Below are positions 1-8,688 of a stretch of 61,030 nucleotides of DNA, in pieces. The notes below the pieces were generated by a model. The model saw only the letters and a program-made list of their open reading frames with translations. It ran no database searches and was not told the origin of the DNA. Position numbers and translations under genes: made by a program. How positions within the stretch are numbered: position 1 is the first letter of the stretch; each line of letters begins with the position of its first letter. The DNA is taken from positions 1-61,030 of IMG/VR virus record IMGVR_UViG_3300045942_000039. One strand, written 5' to 3'. Source of the stretch: a virus.

Positions 1-127
1 GGCCGGCACGTACTCGGCGGCCGGGCAGTCGTCGAGCGTGAGCTCGGGCGCGTGCACGTCGTGCTTGGCGAGCCAGTCGGCGAGCATCCGGCGGTGGCAC
101 CAGTCGCCCTTCGCGACGTTGCACCAA
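1..127. repeat. terminal direct repeat, copy 1 (identical to 60904..61030)
   Basis: base-by-base comparison of both window ends, 127/127 identical. Confidence 0.95.
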
Positions 128-426
128 CACAGGAGGACGAGACGCTGACCGGGATGACGCGCGGACATGGCCTCGAGATCGGACCGCACCTGGTCGGCGT
201 GGTCGTCGAGACGACGTTCGTACGCGACGCGGAACGGGAACTCGGTGTCGTACTGACCGAACACGCCGAACGGGGTGACCGAGTTGATCTTGTCGATGCC
301 GGGCATCCACTTGGGCTTGCCGATCGACGTCGCGATGGGCACGCCCATCCACGGCTGCCAGAGGCGGTAGTTCGAGGTGCCCAGCTGGTTGATGACGGGG
401 CCGGAGGTGGTTTCGGGGGTGGTCAC
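1..426 (-). CDS. DUF488-like protein, 5' part (ORF continues across the circular junction into 60903..60844)
   Basis: GTG at 426 overlaps upstream stop (GTGA); frame is open to nt 1 and in phase with 60903..60844; LVLLCWC-x6-DWCHRRMLADWL resembles the DUF488 LLC..CHR motif. Confidence 0.6.
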   Translation of the reverse strand, partial: MTTPETTSGPVINQLGTSNYRLWQPWMGVPIATSIGKPKWMPGIDKINSVTPFGVFGQYDTEFPFRVAYERRLDDHADQVRSDLEAMSARHPGQRLVLLCWCNVAKGDWCHRRMLADWLAKHDVHAPELTLDDCPAAEYVPA

Positions 427-620
427 TGCTGTTCCTTCGTGGTGGTGTCGTCGACGGTGGCGGCGCGGTCGGGGAGGGTGGCGAGCTTCCAGATGGACAC
501 CATGAGGAGGATCCCGAGGAGGAGGTCGCCGCCGTCGAAGCGGGGGCCGCTGTTGGCCTGCAGGATCATGCCGACAACCGCGGCGATGAACAGGGTGGCC
601 CAGATAGCGAAGCGGATCAC
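423..620 (-). CDS. small membrane protein (65 aa, two hydrophobic helices)
   Basis: ORF track; FAIWATLFIAAVVGMIL and LLLGILLMVSIW segments; 4-nt overlaps with both neighbours. Confidence 0.6.
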   Translation of the reverse strand: MIRFAIWATLFIAAVVGMILQANSGPRFDGGDLLLGILLMVSIWKLATLPDRAATVDDTTTKEQQ

Positions 621-790
621 AGCGCCCCCTCGTGCTGACGGACGCGGACGTCGCGGATGTTGCCCATCTGCCGGGAGGCGATGGCCGGGGAGATGGGTCC
701 GAGCAGCACGACACCGTCAGCCGAGACGATATCGAACTCGGTGACGGTGTCGGGGAACTGCTGCAGGTAGGGCAGGTCGTGGTTGGGCAA
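617..790 (-). CDS. hypothetical protein (57 aa, TTG start)
   Basis: TTG follows the conserved GAAGGAAGGAAC SD of promoter-leader copy 1; the longer 352-aa track ORF is Arg-rich junk upstream of this point. Confidence 0.5.
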   Translation of the reverse strand: MPNHDLPYLQQFPDTVTEFDIVSADGVVLLGPISPAIASRQMGNIRDVRVRQHEGAL

Positions 791-848
791 GATCGTTCCT
801 TCCTTCGGCCCGCGCCGGGGCGCGGTGGTGGTGCCGGTGTACGTATTC

Positions 849-877
849 ATACTATGGGCTAACGCTTGCTGAGTCCA
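849..877 (-). promoter_or_regulatory. conserved phage promoter copy 1 (-35 TGGACT, spacer TTAGCCCA, -10 TAGTAT)
   Basis: member of 8-copy motif family; overlaps the stop of the RuvC-like gene; heads the 617..790 cassette. Confidence 0.6.
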
Positions 878-1428
878 GTCGGCTTCTTCCGCACGCGGGG
901 CGTCGGATACCCGTCCTGATCCGGCCACTGCATCTTGTCGAGCTCGTGCGGGTACCGGAGACGGTGCGCGTCGACGAAGAGCTTGAGGTTGCGGCACATC
1001 ACGGTCGCGAGCGCCAGGGCGTCGGCCTCGTCGTCGCTGCCGATCGTGAGCGCCGGGAAGGTGCGCTGCATTTCGCGGAGCATGTCGAGCTTGCCGGCGT
1101 TCGCGTTCCCGGTGACGTACCCCTTGAGGTTGGACGGTGGGCAGATCCCGTACGGGACGCCGCGGCGCGCGAGCACGTTGTGCTTGATGAGGCCGGTCAT
1201 CTCGTGGATCTCCGCGGTTGGCGTGCGCGACGCGTAGGCGTAGCCCTCGACCATGGCGACGTTCACGCCGCGGAGGAACTCGGTGGTCTCGGTGATGACG
1301 TACTCGATTCGGGCGTGGCCGCGGCGCGTGCCCGGGTCGACCCGCCGGAGCCGAGCCTGGCCCGTCTGAATGTCCAGACGGGCCAGGCCGGTGCCGTTCA
1401 GGCTGACGTCGAGTCCTCCGACGATCAC
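859..1428 (-). CDS. RuvC-like Holliday junction resolvase
   Basis: GTG start overlapping upstream stop (GTGA); VIVGGLDVSLNGTG, MVEGYAY and SDDEADALALA acidic motifs typical of RuvC fold. Confidence 0.7.
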   Translation of the reverse strand: MIVGGLDVSLNGTGLARLDIQTGQARLRRVDPGTRRGHARIEYVITETTEFLRGVNVAMVEGYAYASRTPTAEIHEMTGLIKHNVLARRGVPYGICPPSNLKGYVTGNANAGKLDMLREMQRTFPALTIGSDDEADALALATVMCRNLKLFVDAHRLRYPHELDKMQWPDQDGYPTPRVRKKPTGLSKR

Positions 1429-2141
1429 TCGTCCCGCTCGTCGTCGGGGTCGTCGATGTACTCGCCCTCGGCGGGAGCCGGGATCTCCGGCGCCGCGGCG
1501 TCCCATGCCTCGTCGTCGGCATCCGGGATCGACGTGTCGACCGGTCCCTGCGCGTAGCTCGGCACCTCGGGGTCGCGGTCTTCGTCGACGTCGCCGTCAT
1601 CCACCGGCGGGACGAAGTTCGACCCGTCCTGGAACATCGCCGTGACGTTGGACGGCGGTGCCGTGTCGTCGCCATCGGCGGCCTCGAGACGACTGATGAG
1701 CTCCGTCTTCGTCGCCTTGCGGTGGTCCAGGCCGCGCTTCTTGAGGAGTTTCTGCAGCGCGTCGATGTTCATCTTCACGTAGCCGCCCTCGGGCACGATG
1801 ACCTCCTCGTCGACGGGCGTCTCCGGGATGTACGTGTCGACGCCCTTGAGCGCTTCCTTCACGTCGTTCTCGAGCTCGATCGGGAGCGTCGAATCGCCGG
1901 TGCGCGACTCGAACGACCGCTGGATGAGCCGCGTGGCCGCCTCGATGTCGTCCTGCAGGACGGGCTCGACGCGACGGATTCCCATGCGGACGGTCTGCTG
2001 ACCGCTGGTGAGATCCTGATCGACGTGCGTGGGCTCGAGGATCATCATGACCACGACGGGCTGACGCTTCTTGAGCACGATCGCTTCGAGCGAGCTCAGG
2101 CCGTCTGCGTCCCCCTGGGGGAGCTTTCCGTTGACCTTCAT
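1425..2141 (-). CDS. hypothetical protein with SAP/Rho-N-like helix motif and acidic tail
   Basis: ORF track 238 aa; IDALQKLLKKRGLDHRKATKTELISRLE; Asp/Glu-rich C-terminus. Confidence 0.65.
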   Translation of the reverse strand: MKVNGKLPQGDADGLSSLEAIVLKKRQPVVVMMILEPTHVDQDLTSGQQTVRMGIRRVEPVLQDDIEAATRLIQRSFESRTGDSTLPIELENDVKEALKGVDTYIPETPVDEEVIVPEGGYVKMNIDALQKLLKKRGLDHRKATKTELISRLEAADGDDTAPPSNVTAMFQDGSNFVPPVDDGDVDEDRDPEVPSYAQGPVDTSIPDADDEAWDAAAPEIPAPAEGEYIDDPDDERDE

Positions 2142-2161
2142 TCCTGGTTCCTTTCGTGCCG

Positions 2162-2662
2162 TCAGAACGGCGTGTCGTCACCGTACGACGTGCTGCTGTC
2201 GTAGCTGGTGGGGGTCGACCAGGCGTCGCCGCCCGCGTTCGCGGGGGCGTTGGCGGCTGCCCAGTCGGTGCCCTGCTGGCGGTCGCCTGCAGAGTTGGAG
2301 GCCGCGCGGGTGACTTGCGCGGTGGCGTAGCGGAGCGAGGGGCCGATCTCGTCGACTTCGAGCTCGATCGAGGTGCGGTTGTTGCCTTCGCGGTCCTGGT
2401 AGCTGCGCTGCTTGAGGCGGCCCGTGGCGATGACGCGGGAGCCCTTCTGCAGCGATCCGGCGACGTGCTCGGCGAACTCGCGCCAGACCGACGCGCGGAG
2501 GAAGAGGGCGTCGCCGTCCTTCCACTCGTTCGCCTGACGGTCGAACGTGCGCGGCGTCGACGCGATGGTGAAGTTCGCGACCGGGAGCCCGTTCTGCGTG
2601 TAACGGAGCTCGGGATCGGCCGTCAGGTTCCCGACGACGGTGATGACGGTTTCGCCGGCCAT
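2162..2662 (-). CDS. ssb: single-stranded DNA-binding protein
   Basis: [19 protein letters not shown]-fold signature, Gly/Ser-rich linker, acidic DDTPF tail. Confidence 0.9.
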   Translation of the reverse strand: MAGETVITVVGNLTADPELRYTQNGLPVANFTIASTPRTFDRQANEWKDGDALFLRASVWREFAEHVAGSLQKGSRVIATGRLKQRSYQDREGNNRTSIELEVDEIGPSLRYATAQVTRAASNSAGDRQQGTDWAAANAPANAGGDAWSTPTSYDSSTSYGDDTPF

Positions 2663-3267
2663 CAGCTGCCGGTCTTCTTCCGGGTGGGCATGGTGCCTCC
2701 TGTCGTGCGTAGGTAGTACCCCGACGGTATCTGCCTGATCTGACGTCGGGCGCCGACGTAGCGCTTCGTCAGCCCGAGGCGGTGGCCGATCTCCGAGTCG
2801 GAGAGCTTGTCGCTGGCGAGCTTGCGGATCTTCTCGTCATAGTGAGCCGTGCGCCGCTCGCGCGCGCTCGGGATGCCGAGGTTCTTCCTCAGCGTCTCGA
2901 CGTGGCTCGTGACAACGCCGAGGCGGGTCGCGATCTCGCCGTCGGTCTCGAACGTGGTGTCCAGCGCGGCTTTGATCTGGTGGTCAATGCGGTTGCGGAG
3001 CACGCCGCGCGGCGGGGCGTCGTCTACGACGGTCTGCGCGCGCCAGACGAGGTAGTCGACGACGGAATCCATCCCGACCGCGTGAGCGCGGGCGGCGAGG
3101 TTCCAATAGGTCTCAGCCGGCAGCGAGAACGGTTCGATGGTGACGACGGCGTCGGTGCGCGGGCCCGGCGCGGTGATTTGCCGCACCCACACGCTGCACG
3201 TCTCGCAGAGGGGCTCGTTCTTCGCGTGGTGGATCGCCACCGTCGACGAGTCAGGCTGTGAGTGCAA
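2662..3267 (-). CDS. DNA-binding protein with two HTH-like repeats
   Basis: TTG after GAGGGGG SD (GTG 3240 is an alternative start); [25 protein letters not shown] and [25 protein letters not shown]. Confidence 0.55.
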   Translation of the reverse strand: MHSQPDSSTVAIHHAKNEPLCETCSVWVRQITAPGPRTDAVVTIEPFSLPAETYWNLAARAHAVGMDSVVDYLVWRAQTVVDDAPPRGVLRNRIDHQIKAALDTTFETDGEIATRLGVVTSHVETLRKNLGIPSARERRTAHYDEKIRKLASDKLSDSEIGHRLGLTKRYVGARRQIRQIPSGYYLRTTGGTMPTRKKTGS

Positions 3268-3604
3268 GAAGCACCCCCTCGGGGATGACGTGATGCTTCG
3301 ACACGCAGTCGCGGTACCCGCAGATTCGTTCGCCCGGCATGACGGCAAACCCGTTCTCGTCGACCGGCTGATCGTCGTCGGTGAAGTCGCCCATCCACGC
3401 GCGGCACGGGGTCGTGATGCCAGGGCGCGCGGTCGAGATCTCGCGGGACCGGCGGAGAGGCGGCTCATTCTCGGCCTCACGGCACGACGGGCACGCACCG
3501 GACGCCGGCGGCTTCCCGGAGAGGGATTCGGCGCCGCACCGCCAGCATTCCCACCGGCAGGAGGGATGCTCGCGGAGCGGGGCGGATGTGGCGAACACGC
3601 TCAT
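3251..3604 (-). CDS. Cys-rich protein (zinc-ribbon-like)
   Basis: ATGA overlap with upstream gene; CRWECWRCG...CPSC and CGYRDC motifs. Confidence 0.55.
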   Translation of the reverse strand: MSVFATSAPLREHPSCRWECWRCGAESLSGKPPASGACPSCREAENEPPLRRSREISTARPGITTPCRAWMGDFTDDDQPVDENGFAVMPGERICGYRDCVSKHHVIPEGVLLALTA

Positions 3605-3945
3605 GGGAGCTTCTCCTTCGTTCCATCGGTGTTGAGCTTCCACCGGTACCCGAGCGCGTCGACGAACGAGATCTCGTCGATCGGTCGGTCGTCGTACCGG
3701 GAGATCGCGGTGCCTTCGAGGGGGTCGGGGCCGTGCGCGCGGCCGTGGCATCCGGCGACGTTCCCGGGGCCGCACGCGGCGAGCAGGTTCTCGATCGTGT
3801 GGATGCTGCTGTCGCGCCGGTGCGCGCGCGACCGGAACAGACGGTGGTGCTTGTCGGTCGCTCGGCGCCGGTGGCAGATCTCGCACATGCCCTGCGAGCG
3901 CTCAACCAGCTGCGCGGTGACCCGGGGTGAGACGTCATCGGCCAT
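3601..3945 (-). CDS. HNH endonuclease
   Basis: CEICHRRRATDKHHRLF...ENLLAAC...GCH spacing typical of HNH. Confidence 0.75.
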   Translation of the reverse strand: MADDVSPRVTAQLVERSQGMCEICHRRRATDKHHRLFRSRAHRRDSSIHTIENLLAACGPGNVAGCHGRAHGPDPLEGTAISRYDDRPIDEISFVDALGYRWKLNTDGTKEKLP

Positions 3946-4301
3946 CAGCCTTGCCCCCGGGTGGTGTGGAGCGCGTCCTGCGCGCGCTCGGTGACCGAGA
4001 GAGACCGGAGGCGATCTGCCTCGGCTTCGAACCACTTCGCACGGAGCTTCATGGCCTCGACGTCGGCGGCTTTCACGAGCCGATCCAGGAGGAGTTCACC
4101 AATCTGCTCGGATCCGTCGGTCATCGCCTCAGCACGGGTCACGGGCATCTTGTCGTCGAACACGAGGGTTCGAATCTCTTTTGCGCGCGTGCGTCGGTAC
4201 TCGCCTTCTGCGCGCGCAGCCGCCGGAAACCCCGTCCGCATCTCCTGCGTGAGAGCTTCCCACTGACGAAGAAGCTGCTGCAGGTCGTGCTCGGCGCTCA
4301 C
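3945..4301 (-). CDS. hypothetical protein (118 aa)
   Basis: GTGA overlap with recT stop; charged helical sequence; the track ORF upstream of this GTG is Arg-rich. Confidence 0.55.
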   Translation of the reverse strand: MSAEHDLQQLLRQWEALTQEMRTGFPAAARAEGEYRRTRAKEIRTLVFDDKMPVTRAEAMTDGSEQIGELLLDRLVKAADVEAMKLRAKWFEAEADRLRSLSVTERAQDALHTTRGQG

Positions 4302-5173
4302 TGCTGGGGAGCCGGGTTCTCGAGCTCGATCTGCGACGTGCCGTTCTCGCCGGCCGCGGTGATCTCGCGGGGCGCCTCTTTGGTCGCGGTGAGCGTGGTT
4401 TCGTCGACGGCCATGGCGAGGGCGAGGTGCGCGCTGCGCGGCGCGAACCGGAGGCCGTTGATCAGCCCGGTCTTCTCGACCATCTCGCGATAGTTCGACT
4501 TCCACGGCGTGTTCGGGATGTACGTGCCGTTCCGCCCGGTCTGCTCTTTGGTGTGTTGTGGGCGGCGCTCTTCGACCTGATCGAGGGTGAGGTATCGCCA
4601 GGTCGGACGCTCGGTGCCCCGGACCCAGAACATCCCGAGGACGCCCATGATCTGCGCGTCCGGGTTGTCGTGCTCAGCGCCGTAATCGAGGTCGTAGAAC
4701 GGGCCCCGCTCGCTGTTCGACCCGCGCTTGAACTTGTCGCCAACCATCACGAGCTCGGACGCGGCACCGGTAATCATGCCCGTGCGGTAGGTGAGGGCGA
4801 GCAGGCCCTTGTACCCGATCTGGAACGACGCCTCCATCCCGCCGAAGTCGTTCTCCCGCTTCGACCACGTCTGTCGGGGGATGAGGAAGCACTGCCCGAG
4901 GGCGGTGCCGATTTCGAGGTCCAGCTGCGCCGCGGTGAACATGCCGCCGAACACGGTCGCGGGGTCGCATTTGTTCAGGTCCGGGGCGGCTTTGATCTGG
5001 TTGACGACCGAGCGGAGGAAGACCCCCGCGTCGCGCTTCGGGCCGAGCTGTTTCTGCACCTCGTCGAGCACCCACGACTGGGAGATGAGGGACTGCAGCG
5101 ACGGGCGTTCGCCTGCTTGCTTGTTGCGCTGCTCGACGGACTGGGCAGCACGATCGGTGAGGCTCTGAGCCAT
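4298..5173 (-). CDS. recT: RecT-family single-strand annealing recombinase
   Basis: 291 aa; FLIPRQ...FQIGYKGLLALTYRTG core; preceded by promoter-leader copy 2. Confidence 0.8.
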   Translation of the reverse strand: MAQSLTDRAAQSVEQRNKQAGERPSLQSLISQSWVLDEVQKQLGPKRDAGVFLRSVVNQIKAAPDLNKCDPATVFGGMFTAAQLDLEIGTALGQCFLIPRQTWSKRENDFGGMEASFQIGYKGLLALTYRTGMITGAASELVMVGDKFKRGSNSERGPFYDLDYGAEHDNPDAQIMGVLGMFWVRGTERPTWRYLTLDQVEERRPQHTKEQTGRNGTYIPNTPWKSNYREMVEKTGLINGLRFAPRSAHLALAMAVDETTLTATKEAPREITAAGENGTSQIELENPAPQQ

Positions 5174-5224
5174 GGTTTCGTTCCTTCTCCGGCCCGGTGA
5201 GGGCCTGACGTTGGTGGTGTGTTC

Positions 5225-5254
5225 AGTCTATGGGCTAATCTTCGGCGGATGCCA
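5225..5254 (-). promoter_or_regulatory. conserved phage promoter copy 2 (most divergent: TTAGCCCA-TAGACT)
   Basis: motif family member upstream of recT; overlaps the methyltransferase stop codon. Confidence 0.45.
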
Positions 5255-5852
5255 CCCCGGGGAGAGAGAGCATCCCGTCGGCCGCCGCGGCGATCGCGCC
5301 GGATCCGGGGAAGAGATCGTCGACGACGTCGGTCGCCGGGTCGTACCCGAGGGCATCGAGCACCCACCGGGTCCACTCCGGCGGCTTCGCGCCCGTGAAG
5401 CCCGACCGGGGCGGGTTTGCCACCAGGACGTCACTCACGGCCAGGCCCGACGTGCGCGGGCGGCGTTCTTCCGGCGTGAAGACGATGACCGGCTCCCACT
5501 TCGAGAGCAGCCGGCCGCCGCCGGGCATCCCGCGCGGCTTGACCCACGACATGATTCGCGCGGAGACGGGCAGCGGGAAGTACGCCTGCAGGCCGTCGGG
5601 GGTCGTTGCGATCGCCCAGCCGTCGTACCGCGCGATGAGCCGCTCGAGGAGTGCGCGGTGCGCGCCGAGGTCGTCCCAGTCGCCAGCGTCGGGGTGGAAA
5701 TCGGCCGCGGGGTGGTCGCTGTGCCCGCGGGGGCCGTCACCGTACCAGCGGAGGGCGCGAGACCGCGCGGTGAGCCGGAGTCGGCCCCCCGGGCGGTCCC
5801 GACGCTCGCCGTACATCGGGGGGTACGGCGGATCCGCAATCGCGAGTCTCAC
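5235..5852 (-). CDS. DNA methyltransferase (N6-A/N4-C type, motif IV before motif I)
   Basis: N-terminal ADPPYP and C-terminal DLFPGSG motifs. Confidence 0.75.
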   Translation of the reverse strand: MRLAIADPPYPPMYGERRDRPGGRLRLTARSRALRWYGDGPRGHSDHPAADFHPDAGDWDDLGAHRALLERLIARYDGWAIATTPDGLQAYFPLPVSARIMSWVKPRGMPGGGRLLSKWEPVIVFTPEERRPRTSGLAVSDVLVANPPRSGFTGAKPPEWTRWVLDALGYDPATDVVDDLFPGSGAIAAAADGMLSLPGVASAED

Positions 5853-6904
5853 GGCTTGGCGAACCGCATGGTTCGTCGACCGAGCACGGGGCGCGTGTAC
5901 TCCGCTGCGATGTCCGGGTGCGCGGCCTCGAGACGCTCGCGGTCGAAGACGCGGGGCCCGGGGTGGGAGAACTCGGCGAACAGGTTCGGCTCGTCGGATC
6001 GGAACGCGTCAACGTCGAAGGAGTCGGCGGCCTTGCCGGCGTACCAGGACACCAGGAGCTTCCCGTCCTCGTCGACAAGCTCGGTGCGGTCGCCCATGAA
6101 CGCGCGGATCTCGTTCTTGACCGTCTCGTCGCGCTTCGACATCGCCGAGATCTGCGGCTGGATGGTGTTCCGCTCGGCAACGAGCGCGCGCACCGCGGCG
6201 GATGCCGTGATCTGCGCGTCCGGGGCACCCTTGGGCGCGCCGCGGAAGCGGTGGACGTCGCGCGCCGTGGCCGGCGGTCGCTCCCCCCCGAGGATGTAGC
6301 GCGCGCGCCACTCCTCGAGCTCGGCGAGCAGGAGCTCGGCGAACGACGGGCTGTACTCGACCTCGCGCATGATGAGCTCGTTGCCGCCGATGAGTGCGGC
6401 GATGAAGCCTCGGCGGAGGCCGCGGACGATCATCTGCTGCTGGACCTGCACCTCGTAGTACGGGGGCACGGTCTCTTCGCCGTCCTCGAACCAGGCAGCG
6501 CGGCCGAACGCGGATCCGGTCTTGAGCTCCGTGACCGCGGTGACGAACCCGTCGGGCGTGTAGGTGTTCTCGCGGTCGGGGGTCGCTGACAGCCACGGCA
6601 GGGCGTCGAACGACAAGAGACCCGGGGATGGGAGCAGCGTGCCCAGCTGCTCACCGAAGTCGGCCTGAGCCCACTGTGCGACGACGGGTTCGAGGCGCTT
6701 GCCCCACGTCATGAAACGGTTCTCGGCGATCGGCTGCGCGCCGTCCTGCTTCGATTCCCAGACGTCCATCGGCGTCGACCACGGCGAGAGGCCGAGGATT
6801 GCGGCCGACTCGGACGCGCCGAAGAAGTTCGGGCGCTGCGCGAGCCAGATCTCTTCGGCCTCCGGGGTCTCCGGCGCTTCGGCGATGACGGTGTAGGTGC
6901 TCAT
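5849..6904 (-). CDS. YqaJ/lambda-Exo-like recombination exonuclease with C-terminal extension
   Basis: ATGA overlap; SESAAILGLSPWSTPMDVW and ATPD...TELKT (PD-(D/E)XK) motifs. Confidence 0.7.
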   Translation of the reverse strand: MSTYTVIAEAPETPEAEEIWLAQRPNFFGASESAAILGLSPWSTPMDVWESKQDGAQPIAENRFMTWGKRLEPVVAQWAQADFGEQLGTLLPSPGLLSFDALPWLSATPDRENTYTPDGFVTAVTELKTGSAFGRAAWFEDGEETVPPYYEVQVQQQMIVRGLRRGFIAALIGGNELIMREVEYSPSFAELLLAELEEWRARYILGGERPPATARDVHRFRGAPKGAPDAQITASAAVRALVAERNTIQPQISAMSKRDETVKNEIRAFMGDRTELVDEDGKLLVSWYAGKAADSFDVDAFRSDEPNLFAEFSHPGPRVFDRERLEAAHPDIAAEYTRPVLGRRTMRFAKP

Positions 6905-7110
6905 GTGAGGCCTTTCAGGTGTTGGGTGACAAGCACGCGACGCTCGTCCATGTCTCGGGTTCGGGGAGCAATCGTGCCGTGCGTTGCGCACGTCGCCCAG
7001 TAGTCGTGCACGCCTGGACGATCTCGGACGGGCTCGGCGTAGAGGGTGATTTCGTCGACATGCGGCCCGTACTTCGCAAGCAGCTGCACTCGACGCTCTT
7101 CCGGCGTCAT
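6901..7110 (-). CDS. hypothetical protein (69 aa)
   Basis: internal ATG of track ORF 6901..7347; ATGA overlap with the upstream small ORF. Confidence 0.55.
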   Translation of the reverse strand: MTPEERRVQLLAKYGPHVDEITLYAEPVRDRPGVHDYWATCATHGTIAPRTRDMDERRVLVTQHLKGLT

Positions 7111-7286
7111 TCGAGGCCCGCCGTAGCCGCGATGGTGGACCGGACCTGACGGCAGTAGCAACACCGCTGCGCTTGGCCGACGAGGTGATGGGTGACGCGG
7201 CGTTCGTCGGGCGTGCCGACGTTCTGCCGGGGCCCTTTCGGGCACTCGATGTCGGTGACGCCGTTGGGGCGCACGGCGACCTTCAC
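7107..7286 (-). CDS. hypothetical Cys-rich protein (59 aa)
   Basis: hand translation VKVAVRPNG...RCCYCRQV...; GTGA and ATGA overlaps couple it to both neighbours; below the track length cutoff. Confidence 0.5.
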   Translation of the reverse strand: MKVAVRPNGVTDIECPKGPRQNVGTPDERRVTHHLVGQAQRCCYCRQVRSTIAATAGLE

Positions 7287-7579
7287 TGGCTTTCCCCGCG
7301 CGGGTGAGAGATGAACTCGGCGAGGTCTTTGATGACGCTGGCGACATCTGCGCGCGTTCCCGAGGTGTCGAAGATCGGCTCGGTTCCGATGTACGCCATC
7401 TGCATGCTGACGATCTCTTCGTAGAAGCCGAGGATGAACTCGGCCTGCTCGGGAGATCCCAACTTGGCTACGTACCGGCCGAGGTCGGCCGGGTCGATGG
7501 CGATGGTGACGTCGAGCGCGCCGACGTCGAGCGTGTCGGGTTTAGTGGCGCTGCCGACCTCGAGTTGGATGCTGGGCAT
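7283..7579 (-). CDS. hypothetical acidic protein (98 aa)
   Basis: ATG preceded by GGAGGAAGGAAC SD. Confidence 0.65.
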   Translation of the reverse strand: MPSIQLEVGSATKPDTLDVGALDVTIAIDPADLGRYVAKLGSPEQAEFILGFYEEIVSMQMAYIGTEPIFDTSGTRADVASVIKDLAEFISHPRGESQ

Positions 7580-7823
7580 TGGTGTTCCTTCCTCCGTGGA
7601 TCTCGAACGATCGCACGCACCGCTGACATTGCAGCGATTCGTGCAGGAGGAGCCATTCCGACTCGGGGATGCGCCGTGCACCGATGCCGACGACGATCTC
7701 ATCGCCGCACAGCATCGTGAGGTTGGCCCCGATCTTCACAGTGCGCGCCGCCGACAGGTGGAATCGGAGCGCGTGAGCGGGGAGAAGTGGATACATCGGG
7801 CGTGAGCCCAGCTTCATAACCAT
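7542..7823 (-). CDS. hypothetical protein (93 aa)
   Basis: ORF track; AGGAGG SD upstream; the C-terminal 12 codons overlap the next gene. Confidence 0.45.
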   Translation of the reverse strand: MVMKLGSRPMYPLLPAHALRFHLSAARTVKIGANLTMLCGDEIVVGIGARRIPESEWLLLHESLQCQRCVRSFEIHGGRNTNAQHPTRGRQRH

Positions 7824-7850
7824 CAGGAATGTTCCTCCTATGGTTATATC

Positions 7851-8240
7851 CTATTCCGCGTCGCCGTCCCGGGACAATTCGGAGCGCAAAAGTCGCAGCA
7901 CGCCCTTCGTTCCCTCGGCTTTGAACGCCGCCCGGATCGTCGCCGCGGCGTGCCCACCCCACGTGCCGTAACGCTCCCCAGCGATGGCCGCATACAGCGC
8001 GCACTCGGCCTGAGCCTGGCATCCGCCGCACAGAGCCTTCGCCGCCGGCGACACCCCCCGATACCCGAGGGACTTCGCGTGGAAGAACTCCTCCGGCGCG
8101 ATCGTGCACGGCGGATCCATCCGGTACCGAGTCTGCGTGATCGGATCATCGACCATCAGGGCGGCCGTCAACGCGGCCTCCGCGTCTCGCGCGGCCTGCA
8201 ACTGATCGTCGGCGGGATTCGCGGCGTCGTAGACGCTCAT
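7851..8240 (-). CDS. whiB: WhiB-like Fe-S transcription factor
   Basis: four Cys (PPC...CGGCQAQAEC) followed by GTWGG turn motif. Confidence 0.8.
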   Translation of the reverse strand: MSVYDAANPADDQLQAARDAEAALTAALMVDDPITQTRYRMDPPCTIAPEEFFHAKSLGYRGVSPAAKALCGGCQAQAECALYAAIAGERYGTWGGHAAATIRAAFKAEGTKGVLRLLRSELSRDGDAE

Positions 8241-8467
8241 CCCGCGGACAGGAGCTTGTAGACCGCCTGCGTGCCGATACCGGCGCGCTTCGCAATCTGC
8301 TCGACTGTCGCGAGTGGAGTCGCGCCTTCACGGAGCTTCTTGGCAACGGCCTGTCGCTTCGCCCCGAGCTCGATGACCTGCTGCTGTCGTGCTTTCAGGA
8401 TCGTGGTGAGAGCGGCGAACTCGTCGAGGAGTGCCGTCGCTTCGCTCGACTGCTGCTGTTGCCCCAT
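8237..8467 (-). CDS. HTH DNA-binding protein (76 aa; alternative start 8548)
   Basis: C-terminal TVEQIAKRAGIGTQAVYKLL helix-turn-helix. Confidence 0.55.
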   Translation of the reverse strand: MGQQQQSSEATALLDEFAALTTILKARQQQVIELGAKRQAVAKKLREGATPLATVEQIAKRAGIGTQAVYKLLSAG

Positions 8468-8531
8468 GCCGCCGAGATTAGCACCGGGTTCCGAAGGCAA
8501 CCGGAGCGCGGAGCGCGGAGGGCGGCAGCCC

Positions 8532-8541
8532 GTTTCCACAG
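8532..8541. repeat. direct repeat GTTTCCACAG, copy 1
   Basis: exact 10-mer also present at 8666..8675; flanks the A+T-rich region. Confidence 0.8.
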
Positions 8542-8610
8542 ATCGCATTCCACACCACAGATGGTTACCTCTGTAAGTCTTTAGTTCATTGTCTTCTGGA
8601 AAGAAGTTAG

Positions 8611-8653
8611 TAGCTCAATTTGACCTGGGGGAGGGGTAGGTCAAATTGAGCTA
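8611..8653. repeat. perfect 16-bp inverted repeat TAGCTCAATTTGACCT / AGGTCAAATTGAGCTA around an 11-nt G-rich centre
   Basis: read directly; lies in the only clearly A+T-rich stretch of the window. Confidence 0.9.
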
Positions 8654-8665
8654 TTGGTCCCACCT

Positions 8666-8675
8666 GTTTCCACAG
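8666..8675. repeat. direct repeat GTTTCCACAG, copy 2
   Basis: exact match to 8532..8541. Confidence 0.8.
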
Positions 8676-8688
8676 GGTTATGCACAGA

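Noticed and set aside
1-127. The 127-bp end duplication as a genuine biological direct terminal repeat or cos region.
   Set aside because: It cuts through the middle of an ORF, and its length equals a standard assembler k-mer. Without read data the conservative interpretation is a circularisation overlap.
8468-8548. Longer form of the HTH gene starting at ATG 8548.
   Set aside because: The extra 27 codons (MRSVETGCRPPRSALRLPSEPGANLGG) are Arg/Pro-rich and run into the repeat-bearing A+T-rich region. The start at 8467 is preferred, but neither start has a strong SD.
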